Assembly: GCA_051005875.1 (NCBI GenBank)
Contig: JBPCIX010000057.1
Span: forward strand, 5,269-69,268
Origin: Actinomycetota bacterium
GTDB lineage: Bacteria; Actinomycetota; CADDZG01; JAHWKV01
Length of the DNA: 64,000 bases
Direction of reading: 5' to 3'
Shown: positions 17,805 to 26,516 of the stretch, piece after piece
Numbering within the stretch: the stretch's first letter is position 1
Layout: the number at the start of each line of letters is the position of its first letter
Made by a program: the position numbers and the translations under genes
Notes under the pieces: generated by a model
Database searches by the model: none
The model's input: only the letters and a program-made list of their open reading frames with translations
Told to the model about the DNA's origin: nothing

Positions 17805-18683
17805 CTAATCGATGATTTTTGTAATGGGCAACTCGACAATTCCGGTTGCCCCACATGATTTAAGCGTCGGAATTAGAAGGTTGATGACCCTGCGACTAAC
17901 CACCGTCTCGACCGCATAGATTCCCTCTTCGGCAAGCTTAGACAGCGTGGGGGCTTTTAACGAAGGAAGCTCAGCCAGCACCCGAGCAAGATCCATTTCA
18001 TTCACGTTCATCTTGACGAGAACCTTGCCCGCGGCGTCGATAGAACCCATCAGTAAAATTTTGATCTCTTCAAGGGCCTTACGCTTAGCGGCATCAGCGT
18101 AGGATGCTGGATTTGCTATCAACAGGGTCGGTGACTCGACCAGCGTGTGAACAATTCGCATTCCGTTGCGCCGAAGAGTGCTCCCGGTTTCCGTTACATC
18201 CACAATTGCATCGACTATTTCCGGGACCTTGGCCTCGGTGGCGCCGTACGACAAAAAGATTTTCACGGGAATGCCCAGTTCACTGAAAAGCCTTTTGGTC
18301 AGGCTGGGATACTCGGTTGAGATGCGGCTCTGGGGCTCGATTTGCGAGGCTTCGGTTACGGAAGAAGACTCGGCGACCGCCAGGACAATCTTGACCGTCG
18401 CCCCCACGTACCCCTTGGTATAGGGAAGCTCGGCCACAGTCTCGACTTTGGCGCCGGTTTCTTGGACCCAATCGAGGCCTGTCAAACCAAGATCAAAAAA
18501 ACCTTCCTCGACATATCGCGGTATCTCCTGGGGTCTCAGCAACGAGAATTTCTCGATCCTTGGGTCGTCAACCGTACCGTGGTAATCGCGGTCGCTGCCG
18601 CGAACAAGTCGAATATCGGCCGCGTCGAAAAGCGCGAGAGTTTGCTTTTCGAGACTGCCTTTGGGAATCACAAGACGCAACAT
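17805..18683 (-). CDS. hisG: ATP phosphoribosyltransferase (long form)
   Basis: MLRLVIPKGSLEKQTLALFDAADI... is present. At 292 aa it includes the C-terminal regulatory domain. Confidence 0.92.
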   Translation of the reverse strand: MLRLVIPKGSLEKQTLALFDAADIRLVRGSDRDYHGTVDDPRIEKFSLLRPQEIPRYVEEGFFDLGLTGLDWVQETGAKVETVAELPYTKGYVGATVKIVLAVAESSSVTEASQIEPQSRISTEYPSLTKRLFSELGIPVKIFLSYGATEAKVPEIVDAIVDVTETGSTLRRNGMRIVHTLVESPTLLIANPASYADAAKRKALEEIKILLMGSIDAAGKVLVKMNVNEMDLARVLAELPSLKAPTLSKLAEEGIYAVETVVSRRVINLLIPTLKSCGATGIVELPITKIID

Positions 18684-18703
18684 GATTTCCGATAGTAACG
18701 CTT

Positions 18704-19525
18704 ATGCTTCCCGAAATGAGTGATTCCTTATCGTCTAAAGGCGATCCGTGGGGCGCGAAATCAGCCGACTGGGCAGAGGTTCAAGAGCCATTCCTTGAAC
18801 CCTGCTACAACCTCGTCCTTAATATTTGCGGCGTGGGCCCCGGCACGAGAGTTCTGGATGTCGGGTGTGGGGCGGGCAAGTTTATGGAAATGGCATCCAA
18901 TCGAGGAGCGCTGGTGACCGGAATCGATGGGTCCGCCGGAATGATCGAGATTGCCAGACAAAGAATACCGAGAGGCAATATTCAATCCGGCAGCATGGAC
19001 AGCCTTCCGTATCCGGCGAACTCATTCGAGCTGGTTGCCGGGTTTAACTCGTTTTCGCATGCCGAGGATCAGCTCGATGCCCTATTAGAGGCTCGGCGTG
19101 TGGCCATGCCTGGCGCCCCAGTTGCGATTACGGTTTGGGCCCCAGCCCGGCCCGGATGGGCGAACGAGGCCGTTTTCGGCATAATGCCCACTATCCTGCC
19201 GGACTTGGCCGGACCCGAAGCGGATGTGGTGGAAATTGGCGCTCGAAGCGACTCCCAACCGCGGGAAGATCCGTTGGCAGGGCTGGCTCGCAAGGCAGGG
19301 CTGACTCCCAGGCTCACGGGCGACATAGATTGCCCATTCGTCTATTCCGACGAAGAGACTTTGATCAAGGGTTTCATGTCCCCGGGTCCGTTTGTTGAGG
19401 CTTGCAGGCAAGTCGGCGAGCCAGCCGTCCGGTCTGCAATCTTGTCGGCCCTCGAACAATTTCGGACCGCCGCGGGCGGCTATTCGTTTACGAATGGCTT
19501 CCGTTACGTGATTGCGACCGCTTAG
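18704..19525 (+). CDS. Class I SAM-dependent methyltransferase of unknown substrate
   Basis: Motif I VLDVGCGAGKF and the post-I acidic residue (TGIDGS) are present. It is one of only two plus-strand genes, and the start may be the second ATG at 18716. Confidence 0.75.
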   Translation: MLPEMSDSLSSKGDPWGAKSADWAEVQEPFLEPCYNLVLNICGVGPGTRVLDVGCGAGKFMEMASNRGALVTGIDGSAGMIEIARQRIPRGNIQSGSMDSLPYPANSFELVAGFNSFSHAEDQLDALLEARRVAMPGAPVAITVWAPARPGWANEAVFGIMPTILPDLAGPEADVVEIGARSDSQPREDPLAGLARKAGLTPRLTGDIDCPFVYSDEETLIKGFMSPGPFVEACRQVGEPAVRSAILSALEQFRTAAGGYSFTNGFRYVIATA

Positions 19526-19616
19526 CCACCGCCCGACCAACCTCCAAAGGCCGCCGAGACCAGCAAGCCCTGGCTGCGGACACGACCCAGACTCGACACT
19601 GTCACAGGGCATGCAG

Positions 19617-19646
19617 TCCGGATTATTACGGAGCTTTTCCTTTTTT
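19617..19646 (+). terminator. Weak hairpin plus U-rich tail after the methyltransferase gene
   Basis: TCCG-GATTATTA-CGGA is followed by GCTTTTCCTTTTTT. The stem is only 4 bp and the T-tract runs into the ribH stop codon. Confidence 0.3.
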
Positions 19647-20109
19647 AGCGCATCAGCCGGAGTGTGTTCGCCAGCTCGACCGCGTCCCGCGCCGCTTCAT
19701 AGCCCTTGTTGGCATCGCCCGCGGCACTCCTAGCCAGAGCTTGCTCAAGATTCTCGGTGGTTAAGATCCCGAAAGTAATGGGAAGTCCTTTTTCCAAGCA
19801 AACAGCGCTGATGCCTTCTTGCGCTGATTTGCACACGTACGTGAAGTGCTCGGTTTCGCCACGAATTACAGCACCCAGACAAACAATTGCGTCGGGCTTG
19901 TAGGTTTCGGTCAGCCTCTTCGCGACGGCCGGAATATCGAAGGCCCCCGGAACGGAAATAACGGTGACCCGGTTCGAGGAAACACCCGTGATTTTTAGTG
20001 CTTCAAGGGCGCCTTCCAACAGACGATCGGTAATCGACTGGTTGAACCGGCTGACGACTATCCCGATCTTTATGCCCTTGCCTTTACGATCTCCCCGAAT
20101 TATCTTCAT
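19645..20109 (-). CDS. ribH: 6,7-dimethyl-8-ribityllumazine synthase
   Basis: 154 aa with IGIVVSRFN and VCLGAVIRGETEHFTYV. Confidence 0.95.
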   Translation of the reverse strand: MKIIRGDRKGKGIKIGIVVSRFNQSITDRLLEGALEALKITGVSSNRVTVISVPGAFDIPAVAKRLTETYKPDAIVCLGAVIRGETEHFTYVCKSAQEGISAVCLEKGLPITFGILTTENLEQALARSAAGDANKGYEAARDAVELANTLRLMR

Positions 20110-21368
20110 TTGTCTGGTTCCAAAATGGACTCCTCCAAGCCGTCGAGCAGGTGACCCATGCGGTCCCTTTTTGTTCTCAGATAATTAATGTTTGCCTCCG
20201 TTGGGTTCGTTTGCAGGGATATTCTCTCGGCTATCGACAGGCCGTAGCCTTCAATGCCCGCGTACTTTTGGGGACTATTCGTCATCAGCCGGATCGACGT
20301 GAGGCCCAAGTCGACCAGCACCTGGGCACCGATTCCGTAGTCCCTTAGGTCGGGGGCAAAGCCGAGTTCGACGTTCGCCTCGACCGTATCCCTGCCCTGT
20401 TCTTGCAAATGATAGGCCCGGATCTTATGGATCAATCCGATGCCCCGGCCCTCGTGAGCCATTATGTACAAGATCACGCCCTCACCTGCGGCTTCGACCA
20501 TATCGATCGCTTGCCGAAGCTGATTACCGCAATCGCATCTGGCCGATTGAAAAACATCGCCGGTCAGGCATTGCGAATGGACCCGTACCAAAACGTCTTT
20601 TTTGCCGTGGACGTTGCCCTTGACGAATGCAACATATTCCTGCCCATCCACCTTCGATCGGTACGCGTGGCACGTGAAGTCGCCAAACGAGGTGGGCATT
20701 CCGGCGACTGCAATCGATTCAACCAACTGCTCTTTCTGGCGGCGGTGAGAAATCAAATCTTTAATCATCAGAATTTTGAGTTTGTGCCGGGCCGCAAGCT
20801 CTTCGAGGTGCGCGAGCCTTGCCATCGTGCCGTTCGGGGCCATGATCTCCGTCAGGACCCCCACATGGGCAAAGCCCGCCAATTGGGCCAGATCGACCGA
20901 GGCCTCGGTGTGGCCCGCCCGGCGCAGGACTCCTCCGGGTGATGCTCTTAGCGGAAAAACATGCCCCGGTCTGGCCAGATCCGCCGGGACGGTTGAGTCC
21001 TCGGCCAAAGCCCGAATGGTTGCGGCGCGATCATGCGCGCTTGAGCCGGTCTGCCCGGGAATTATGAGATCGACCGAGACTGCAAAGGCAGTGCCGTGAG
21101 GGGCCGTGTTTTCACTCACCATCATGGGGATGTGAAGCTCCTCCAGCCTTTCCTTACTAAGGGCGGCGCAAATTAGGCCCCTGCCCTCGGTAGCCATAAA
21201 GTTGACGGAGTCGGCTGTGACGGTTTCTGCAGGCATTACAAAATCGCCCTCGTTCTCCCGGGCTTCATCGTCCACAACGATTACCATTCGACCGGCTTTC
21301 AGTTCTGCGAGGGCTTCTTCGACAGTGGCAAAACTCACTAGTGGTCCGAATCCTGGATAGCTTTGCAC
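20106..21368 (-). CDS. ribBA: Bifunctional 3,4-dihydroxy-2-butanone-4-phosphate synthase / GTP cyclohydrolase II
   Basis: The DHBP synthase N-half has ENEGDFVM and the GCH-II C-half has the zinc Cys motif HSQCLTGDVFQSARCDCG. It uses a GTG start. Confidence 0.95.
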   Translation of the reverse strand: MQSYPGFGPLVSFATVEEALAELKAGRMVIVVDDEARENEGDFVMPAETVTADSVNFMATEGRGLICAALSKERLEELHIPMMVSENTAPHGTAFAVSVDLIIPGQTGSSAHDRAATIRALAEDSTVPADLARPGHVFPLRASPGGVLRRAGHTEASVDLAQLAGFAHVGVLTEIMAPNGTMARLAHLEELAARHKLKILMIKDLISHRRQKEQLVESIAVAGMPTSFGDFTCHAYRSKVDGQEYVAFVKGNVHGKKDVLVRVHSQCLTGDVFQSARCDCGNQLRQAIDMVEAAGEGVILYIMAHEGRGIGLIHKIRAYHLQEQGRDTVEANVELGFAPDLRDYGIGAQVLVDLGLTSIRLMTNSPQKYAGIEGYGLSIAERISLQTNPTEANINYLRTKRDRMGHLLDGLEESILEPDK

Positions 21369-21374
21369 TCAGAG

Positions 21375-21480
21375 CTTCCCTGCGCCTCAAGCGCAAGGCG
21401 CGACGAGCGCCGCGTACCTGAAGGTACGCAAGCGAAGAGGCGAAGCCGATCGCAACGCCGCGATTGGGGATGCAGGGGAG
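21375..21480 (-). repeat. Structured inverted-repeat element, copy A (106 nt), in the ribE-ribBA spacer
   Basis: The arms CTTCCCTGC (21375-21383) and GCAGGGGAG (21472-21480) are complementary at 8 of 9 positions. Three internal hairpins lie at 21397-21411, 21412-21429 and 21449-21464. The element is homologous in order and sequence to 29101-29194. Confidence 0.75.
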
Positions 21481-21513
21481 TTCTGATGTGAAGATTATTC
21501 GGGATTCGGACCA

Positions 21514-22122
21514 CTAGGTAACCTTTGTGCCGGGTTGTAGGGTGGCCGAATACATGTGCTGAGAATGAAGCCGCTCGACGTACTTGGCCAGTACGTCAAC
21601 CTCGAGGTTCACTACATCGTGAATTTGCAGGTTTCCGAAGGTCGTACTTTCAAGGGTGTGGGGTATGAAGGAACAAGCGAACTGCCCTTCAGTTATGGCC
21701 GACACGGTCAAGCTCACGCCGTCCAGCGTCACCGATCCCTTTTCGACCAGGTAGCGCTCCAGGCTGCCCGAGATCTCGAACCACATATCCGTCGAACCCG
21801 GCAACGCCCTTCGTTGAACCAGAGTGACGACACCATCGACATGGCCCTGGACTACGTGCCCTCCGAACCGTCCGTTCGCCCTGAGCGCCCGCTCCAGGTT
21901 CACGACAACACCGGGTTCCAGCCGGGCAAGGTTTGTGCGGCTTACGGTTTCCTCAGAGAGATCGGCCTGAAAGCTATTCGGCCCGACCGAGGCAACGGTC
22001 AGACAAACACCGTTTACAGCGATCGAATCGCCTTGGTGAAGTTCGAGCCTGGTAAGTACTTCTAACGAAAGCGAGGTGGCTGCGTTGACTTTCCCTACCT
22101 GTTCAATTAGGCCGGTAAACAT
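21514..22122 (-). CDS. ribE: Riboflavin synthase alpha chain
   Basis: MFTGLIEQVGKV starts the protein and there is an internal duplication with two lumazine-binding repeats (GDSIAVNGVCLTV and GSVTLDGVSLTV). Confidence 0.95.
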   Translation of the reverse strand: MFTGLIEQVGKVNAATSLSLEVLTRLELHQGDSIAVNGVCLTVASVGPNSFQADLSEETVSRTNLARLEPGVVVNLERALRANGRFGGHVVQGHVDGVVTLVQRRALPGSTDMWFEISGSLERYLVEKGSVTLDGVSLTVSAITEGQFACSFIPHTLESTTFGNLQIHDVVNLEVDVLAKYVERLHSQHMYSATLQPGTKVT

Positions 22123-23225
22123 TACCTAAGCATAATGGCCTCGACGCGAAGATCCTCGGCCAACCGACGGACTGAAGTTATTCTTAAGGAAAGAGCATCA
22201 CCGAGTGTGGGTATGGCCCAGTCCTCGATGACGGCCCTGGCACCCATTCCGCCCAATAGCTTTGGCGCCAAATAGAGCAAGAATTTGTCGATCAAGCCGC
22301 ATTCCAGAAAGTGACCCGCCAACTTCGGACCGCCTTCGAGGAGCATCGAAAGCACTCCCCGGTCCGCCAATGTCTTGGCCAGCAGGGGCAACGGAACCTT
22401 CCCGGAATCCGTTTGGAATTGCATTACTTCTGCCCCACAATCCTTGAGGGCCTTGACTCTTTTTTTTGGGGCGCCCGAGCCAACCGCTACGAGGATCCGC
22501 CCCTGCTTGAGCAACTCAGCTTCCGGGGGCGTTTTGGCCGCCGAGTCTACAACGACCTTTAACGGACTCCTAAACTTTCGAACCCCTCGAACCGTCAGGG
22601 CCGGGTTGTCTTTTACCACGGTACCAACGCCAACGCAGATGGCATCTGAGCGAGCCCGTACCCGGTGAGCATCGAGCCTGGCCGCTTCGCCGGTTATCCA
22701 TTGCGAGGATCCGTCGGAGGCGGCGGCCCGTCCATCCAGGGATGCGGCTACCTTGTACGTAACAAACGGCCTTCGGGAGGTTCGATGAACGATATAGGCC
22801 TGGTTGAGGGTCGCTGCCGCTTCGGCGCCCGGACCGATTTCGACCCTAATTCCAGCTTTGTTGAGAGCAGCAAAACCCCTACCGGCGACCCGCGGGTCGG
22901 GGTCCTTCATAGACGACACGACTCTTGTAATCCCCGCTTGTACAACAGCGTTCACGCAGGGCGGGGTTCGGCCCAGGTGGGAGCACGGCTCCAGATTCAC
23001 GAAAAGAGTTGCGCCTTTGGTTAAGGGGCCCGCTTCAGTTAATGCCAAGGTCTCTGCGTGAGGCTCGCCGGGTTTGCGGTGCCACCCTTTCCCCACAACT
23101 TCGCCGCCCGACACAATGACTGCACCCACCAGCGGGTTTGGGCTTGCCGACCCTTCCCCTTTTTTCGCCAGGCGAAGCACTATGGACATCCACTTTTCAT
23201 CTTCGGACGCGGTGCCCGGCGTCAT
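22122..23225 (-). CDS. ribD: Bifunctional riboflavin deaminase / reductase
   Basis: The deaminase zinc motifs HAE and PCSHLGRTPPC are present, with a C-terminal reductase domain. Its ATG forms an ATGA overlap with the fmt stop. Confidence 0.93.
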   Translation of the reverse strand: MTPGTASEDEKWMSIVLRLAKKGEGSASPNPLVGAVIVSGGEVVGKGWHRKPGEPHAETLALTEAGPLTKGATLFVNLEPCSHLGRTPPCVNAVVQAGITRVVSSMKDPDPRVAGRGFAALNKAGIRVEIGPGAEAAATLNQAYIVHRTSRRPFVTYKVAASLDGRAAASDGSSQWITGEAARLDAHRVRARSDAICVGVGTVVKDNPALTVRGVRKFRSPLKVVVDSAAKTPPEAELLKQGRILVAVGSGAPKKRVKALKDCGAEVMQFQTDSGKVPLPLLAKTLADRGVLSMLLEGGPKLAGHFLECGLIDKFLLYLAPKLLGGMGARAVIEDWAIPTLGDALSLRITSVRRLAEDLRVEAIMLR

Positions 23226-24205
23226 GAAATCCTGTCGCCGGGCAACGGCCGGTATCCGCGAACGAAATCAGCAGCAGCCATCCTGGCCTTTCCTTCAGGT
23301 TGCACCTCGTCGAGCGACAGCCAGCCAGTTGCCGTGCGAACGAGTAGGTGCCCCTTTATGACCTCGATCGTGCCGGGCGCACCTTCTGGGGCCTTGGCCG
23401 CGTTGGGGCTCGAATCGTCGCCGGCAGCGCATGCATCGCCCCCGAAGTCCGAGTCCAAGTAGCTCACCTTCCAGATCTTTAAGCGCTTGCGGTGCAACAT
23501 TCCCCAGGCGCCGGGCCTGGGAGTCAGTCCCCTGACCTTGTTGAAAATAGTCTCGGCGGGTTCGGACCAATCGATATGAGCGGCTTCGGTCGAGATCTTC
23601 GAGGCGTAGGTGGCCAGTGAATCATCCTGAGCCTCGGGGCTGGCTTGACCATCTTCGATCTGATCAACCACTGTCACCAGCATGTCTGCTCCGAGATCCG
23701 CCAGCCGCGCCTCGACGGTCTCGGTATTGTCTTCCGGAAAAATGGCATCCTCCAACCGGGCCAGCATCGGGCCGGTATCCATTCCCTCATCGAGCTGCAT
23801 GATTGTGATGCCTGTGGTCGCATGCCCCTGAATCAGGGCCCACTGAACGGGCGCCGCTCCACGGAAATATGGAAGAAGTGAAAAATGGACGTTGATGCAG
23901 CCGAATTTCGGAGTCTCGAGAACCTGCCTCGGCAAAATAAACCCGAAAGCCACTACCACGAACAAATCCGCCCCCAAGCCTGCCAGCTGCTCTTGAATCT
24001 CGGGTGATTTAAGAGTGGGAGTTTGCATCACGGGAAGACCACATTGTTGGGCGGCCTTTTTCACAGGCGGAGCGTCGAGATTCATTCCCCGTCCCTGCGG
24101 CCGGTCGGGCGCGGTAACTACACAAACGACCTCGTGGCGTGAAGCGTTCAATTTCAAAAGGGAGGGGACGGCCGCATGGGGGGTCCCGAAAAATGCGACT
24201 TTCAA
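23222..24205 (-). CDS. fmt: Methionyl-tRNA formyltransferase
   Basis: MKVAFFGTP starts the protein, and the formyltransferase core is GCINVHFSLLPYFRGAAPVQWA. Confidence 0.93.
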   Translation of the reverse strand: MKVAFFGTPHAAVPSLLKLNASRHEVVCVVTAPDRPQGRGMNLDAPPVKKAAQQCGLPVMQTPTLKSPEIQEQLAGLGADLFVVVAFGFILPRQVLETPKFGCINVHFSLLPYFRGAAPVQWALIQGHATTGITIMQLDEGMDTGPMLARLEDAIFPEDNTETVEARLADLGADMLVTVVDQIEDGQASPEAQDDSLATYASKISTEAAHIDWSEPAETIFNKVRGLTPRPGAWGMLHRKRLKIWKVSYLDSDFGGDACAAGDDSSPNAAKAPEGAPGTIEVIKGHLLVRTATGWLSLDEVQPEGKARMAAADFVRGYRPLPGDRIS

Positions 24206-24266
24206 AGGCTTGCCCCCGGACGATTCACCGCGGGACGCCGCTTTGGCGGACCGGCATTAAGTACGG

Positions 24267-24755
24267 CTATTTGAGAGCCTCTTCCCGAAGGCGGCGCCTT
24301 GCTTCACGCTGGAGATCGGGTGAGAGATGGTCGAGGAACAAGATTCCGTCAATGTGGTCGATTTCATGTTGAAAAATCCGTGCCGTAAGATCCTCAGCTT
24401 CGATCACGACGGAATCTCCCTTTTCGTTTAGGCCCTGGACCCGGACCCACTGCGATCTGACTACCGGGAACTTCAAGCCCGGCAGGGAAAGGCATCCTTC
24501 TTCGTCTTCGTCCTGGCCGCCTTTATCGAGAATGGCCGGGTTCACCAGCGCCCCCCGTTCGTCTTCGTTGGCCCAAACAATGACTCGCCGCAAAACGCCC
24601 ACCTGGTTCGCCGCCAAACCCAAACCGGGGGCATCGCGCATGGTGTCGCTCATATCTTTCATAAGTTTACGAACGGATCGGTCGACCTGTGGGACCTCAG
24701 CAGCCTTTTGCCGAAGCACGGGATCGCCGAACAACCTGATTGGGAAAATAGCCAT
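24267..24755 (-). CDS. def: Peptide deformylase
   Basis: GLAANQVG, EGCLSLPG and HEIDHIDG motifs are present. Confidence 0.95.
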   Translation of the reverse strand: MAIFPIRLFGDPVLRQKAAEVPQVDRSVRKLMKDMSDTMRDAPGLGLAANQVGVLRRVIVWANEDERGALVNPAILDKGGQDEDEEGCLSLPGLKFPVVRSQWVRVQGLNEKGDSVVIEAEDLTARIFQHEIDHIDGILFLDHLSPDLQREARRRLREEALK

Positions 24756-24780
24756 CTATTTAGAGCGACCTACCAGCGAA

Positions 24781-26472
24781 CTACCATTGCTTCGGTTCCA
24801 TTTCTACGAGTATTCGTTCGGGACTCTGCCTTACTATGGTACCCAAGCCATCAAGGATCGGCTCGATACTAGTCACCTTGAGCAGTATTTCCACGCCAAG
24901 TCTTCCGCCCGGGGCAGGGCCGAGAATGTCCGTTCCCGGCAGGGTGCTAAGAGCCTGGATCAATTCGTCCGAGGGCCACTGCCTTAGTTTCAACTTGATC
25001 AAAGTTCGAAAAGGAGGGGCATCGTTCATCGACCTTTCTTTCAGTTCGAACTTCGCAAAAAAGCCGTAGTCTCCGCGAACCAATGCTTGGATGACGTGAT
25101 CGCCGGGATTGCCCGTTTCCAGAAGCAGGCGCCCCCGCGGCCTCTGGCCGCTCACAAGCCCTCCCAGGGCCCAAAGGGCGGCGAAGGCGTCTTCGGCAGC
25201 CCGGCCCGTGGGATTTAGAAAATATGAGTCAACCCCCACAGCAATTCCCAGAGGTACCTGAGGCCTTTCGATCTCAGTCAAGGCCGCCTCCGTCGCTATG
25301 ACGACGTCGGCGTCAAGGGCTGCTGCCAGTGCCCCGGGCTCGTCGCCGAGGGCCGGTCTGTCGGCTCTTGCAATTATTGCGCCTGGAACCACTCTCGAAA
25401 GGAAGTGCTCAACTTCACCTGGGCCGGGGCCTGCCCGCGTTGCCTTCACTCGGGGCATGAGGATCAGCGCCTTGTGCCCTTTAGTTCTTGCCTCGATTAT
25501 TGATGCGGTCAGCCGCCGGGCGATCCCCGTTTTCGGTGGATCAACCGTCTCCACGATCGGCCAGCCCGCTCTTTCTCCGGCCCGCTCGGGCTCTTCGAAG
25601 GCCCCTGATGCAGCGTAAAGCGCCATTGAAGTTAGCGAAGGAGTAGTGCTGTTTAGTTTCAATACTCCGCCGGTGGCCGCGACCCGCGCTCTGCCGGCCT
25701 GCCTGGCGTCGCAATAGGGCGCACGCTGGTCCTTGAACGACGGGTCGTGCTCCTGGTGGACAATGATCAAACCTAATGGGAAGGCCGGAGCAAAAAGAGC
25801 CCCCCTGCCGCCAAGAACCAGTCTTTTACGGCCCTCGGCCACGGCCCAAAGATCATCAGATCTATCCTTTTCGTCCCGGCCGCTGTGGACAATCGCAGCA
25901 TCGTCGGGGAATTCGGCGGCCAGTTTCTCAAGAATCCGCGACCCCTCTCGAACCTCGGGCACAGCAACGATGACCCCCGCGCCGAGCCCCAGCTGTATCT
26001 TGATTGCGGCGACATAGCGTCCGAGAGGATCTTCTTGGGGAGGCAGTCGAACAAGCATTGAGACCCCTTCGGGATCCCCGCCCAGGGGCGTGAAAACCTT
26101 TCCCATCGCCGGCCACTCTCTTAGAGGCCGGCCCAACCGTGCAGGCGTGAAGAGCGAAAGAAACGACGACAAAGGCTGAACGTAATACCGGCTGAGGCTA
26201 CGTGCCATTTTCAACAGAGCCTCGTCAAAAACGGGCCCGCGACCGCTAACAGCAGCTATCGGTTGAAGGTTGGCGGGCATCTCGGCCGCAGGCGGTGGCG
26301 GGTCGAACCGGCTTATTCCAACTACCCAACCGCGGACGCGCCGATTGCGCAGCCGGACCCGGACGACTGATCCGATCCTGACAAGGCCCGCAAGCGAGCT
26401 TGGGACCTCGTAAGTTAGCTCCTTGTCGAGCGCCCATCCCCCGGCATCAACAATGACCTCGGCCAGAACCAA
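24781..26472 (-). CDS. priA: Primosomal protein N' (PriA) homolog with degenerate ATPase and zinc motifs
   Basis: It is collinear with PriA (N-terminal 3'-DNA-binding region, VAVPEV, IVHSG, LGLIIV.QEHD, TTPSL). The Walker A position reads LPPQEDPLGR, DEEH reads HQEH, and there is no CxxC cluster. Confidence 0.7.
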   Translation of the reverse strand: MVLAEVIVDAGGWALDKELTYEVPSSLAGLVRIGSVVRVRLRNRRVRGWVVGISRFDPPPPAAEMPANLQPIAAVSGRGPVFDEALLKMARSLSRYYVQPLSSFLSLFTPARLGRPLREWPAMGKVFTPLGGDPEGVSMLVRLPPQEDPLGRYVAAIKIQLGLGAGVIVAVPEVREGSRILEKLAAEFPDDAAIVHSGRDEKDRSDDLWAVAEGRKRLVLGGRGALFAPAFPLGLIIVHQEHDPSFKDQRAPYCDARQAGRARVAATGGVLKLNSTTPSLTSMALYAASGAFEEPERAGERAGWPIVETVDPPKTGIARRLTASIIEARTKGHKALILMPRVKATRAGPGPGEVEHFLSRVVPGAIIARADRPALGDEPGALAAALDADVVIATEAALTEIERPQVPLGIAVGVDSYFLNPTGRAAEDAFAALWALGGLVSGQRPRGRLLLETGNPGDHVIQALVRGDYGFFAKFELKERSMNDAPPFRTLIKLKLRQWPSDELIQALSTLPGTDILGPAPGGRLGVEILLKVTSIEPILDGLGTIVRQSPERILVEMEPKQW

Positions 26473-26516
26473 AACGCGCTAGCGAGCCACTACAGCAACC
26501 GTATGTTGAGAACTTC

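Noticed and set aside
23226-23300. An FMN riboswitch upstream of ribD
   Set aside because: There is no non-coding sequence there, because ribD overlaps the fmt 3' end. The 21369-21513 spacer does not look like the FMN aptamer to me and instead belongs to a repeat family.
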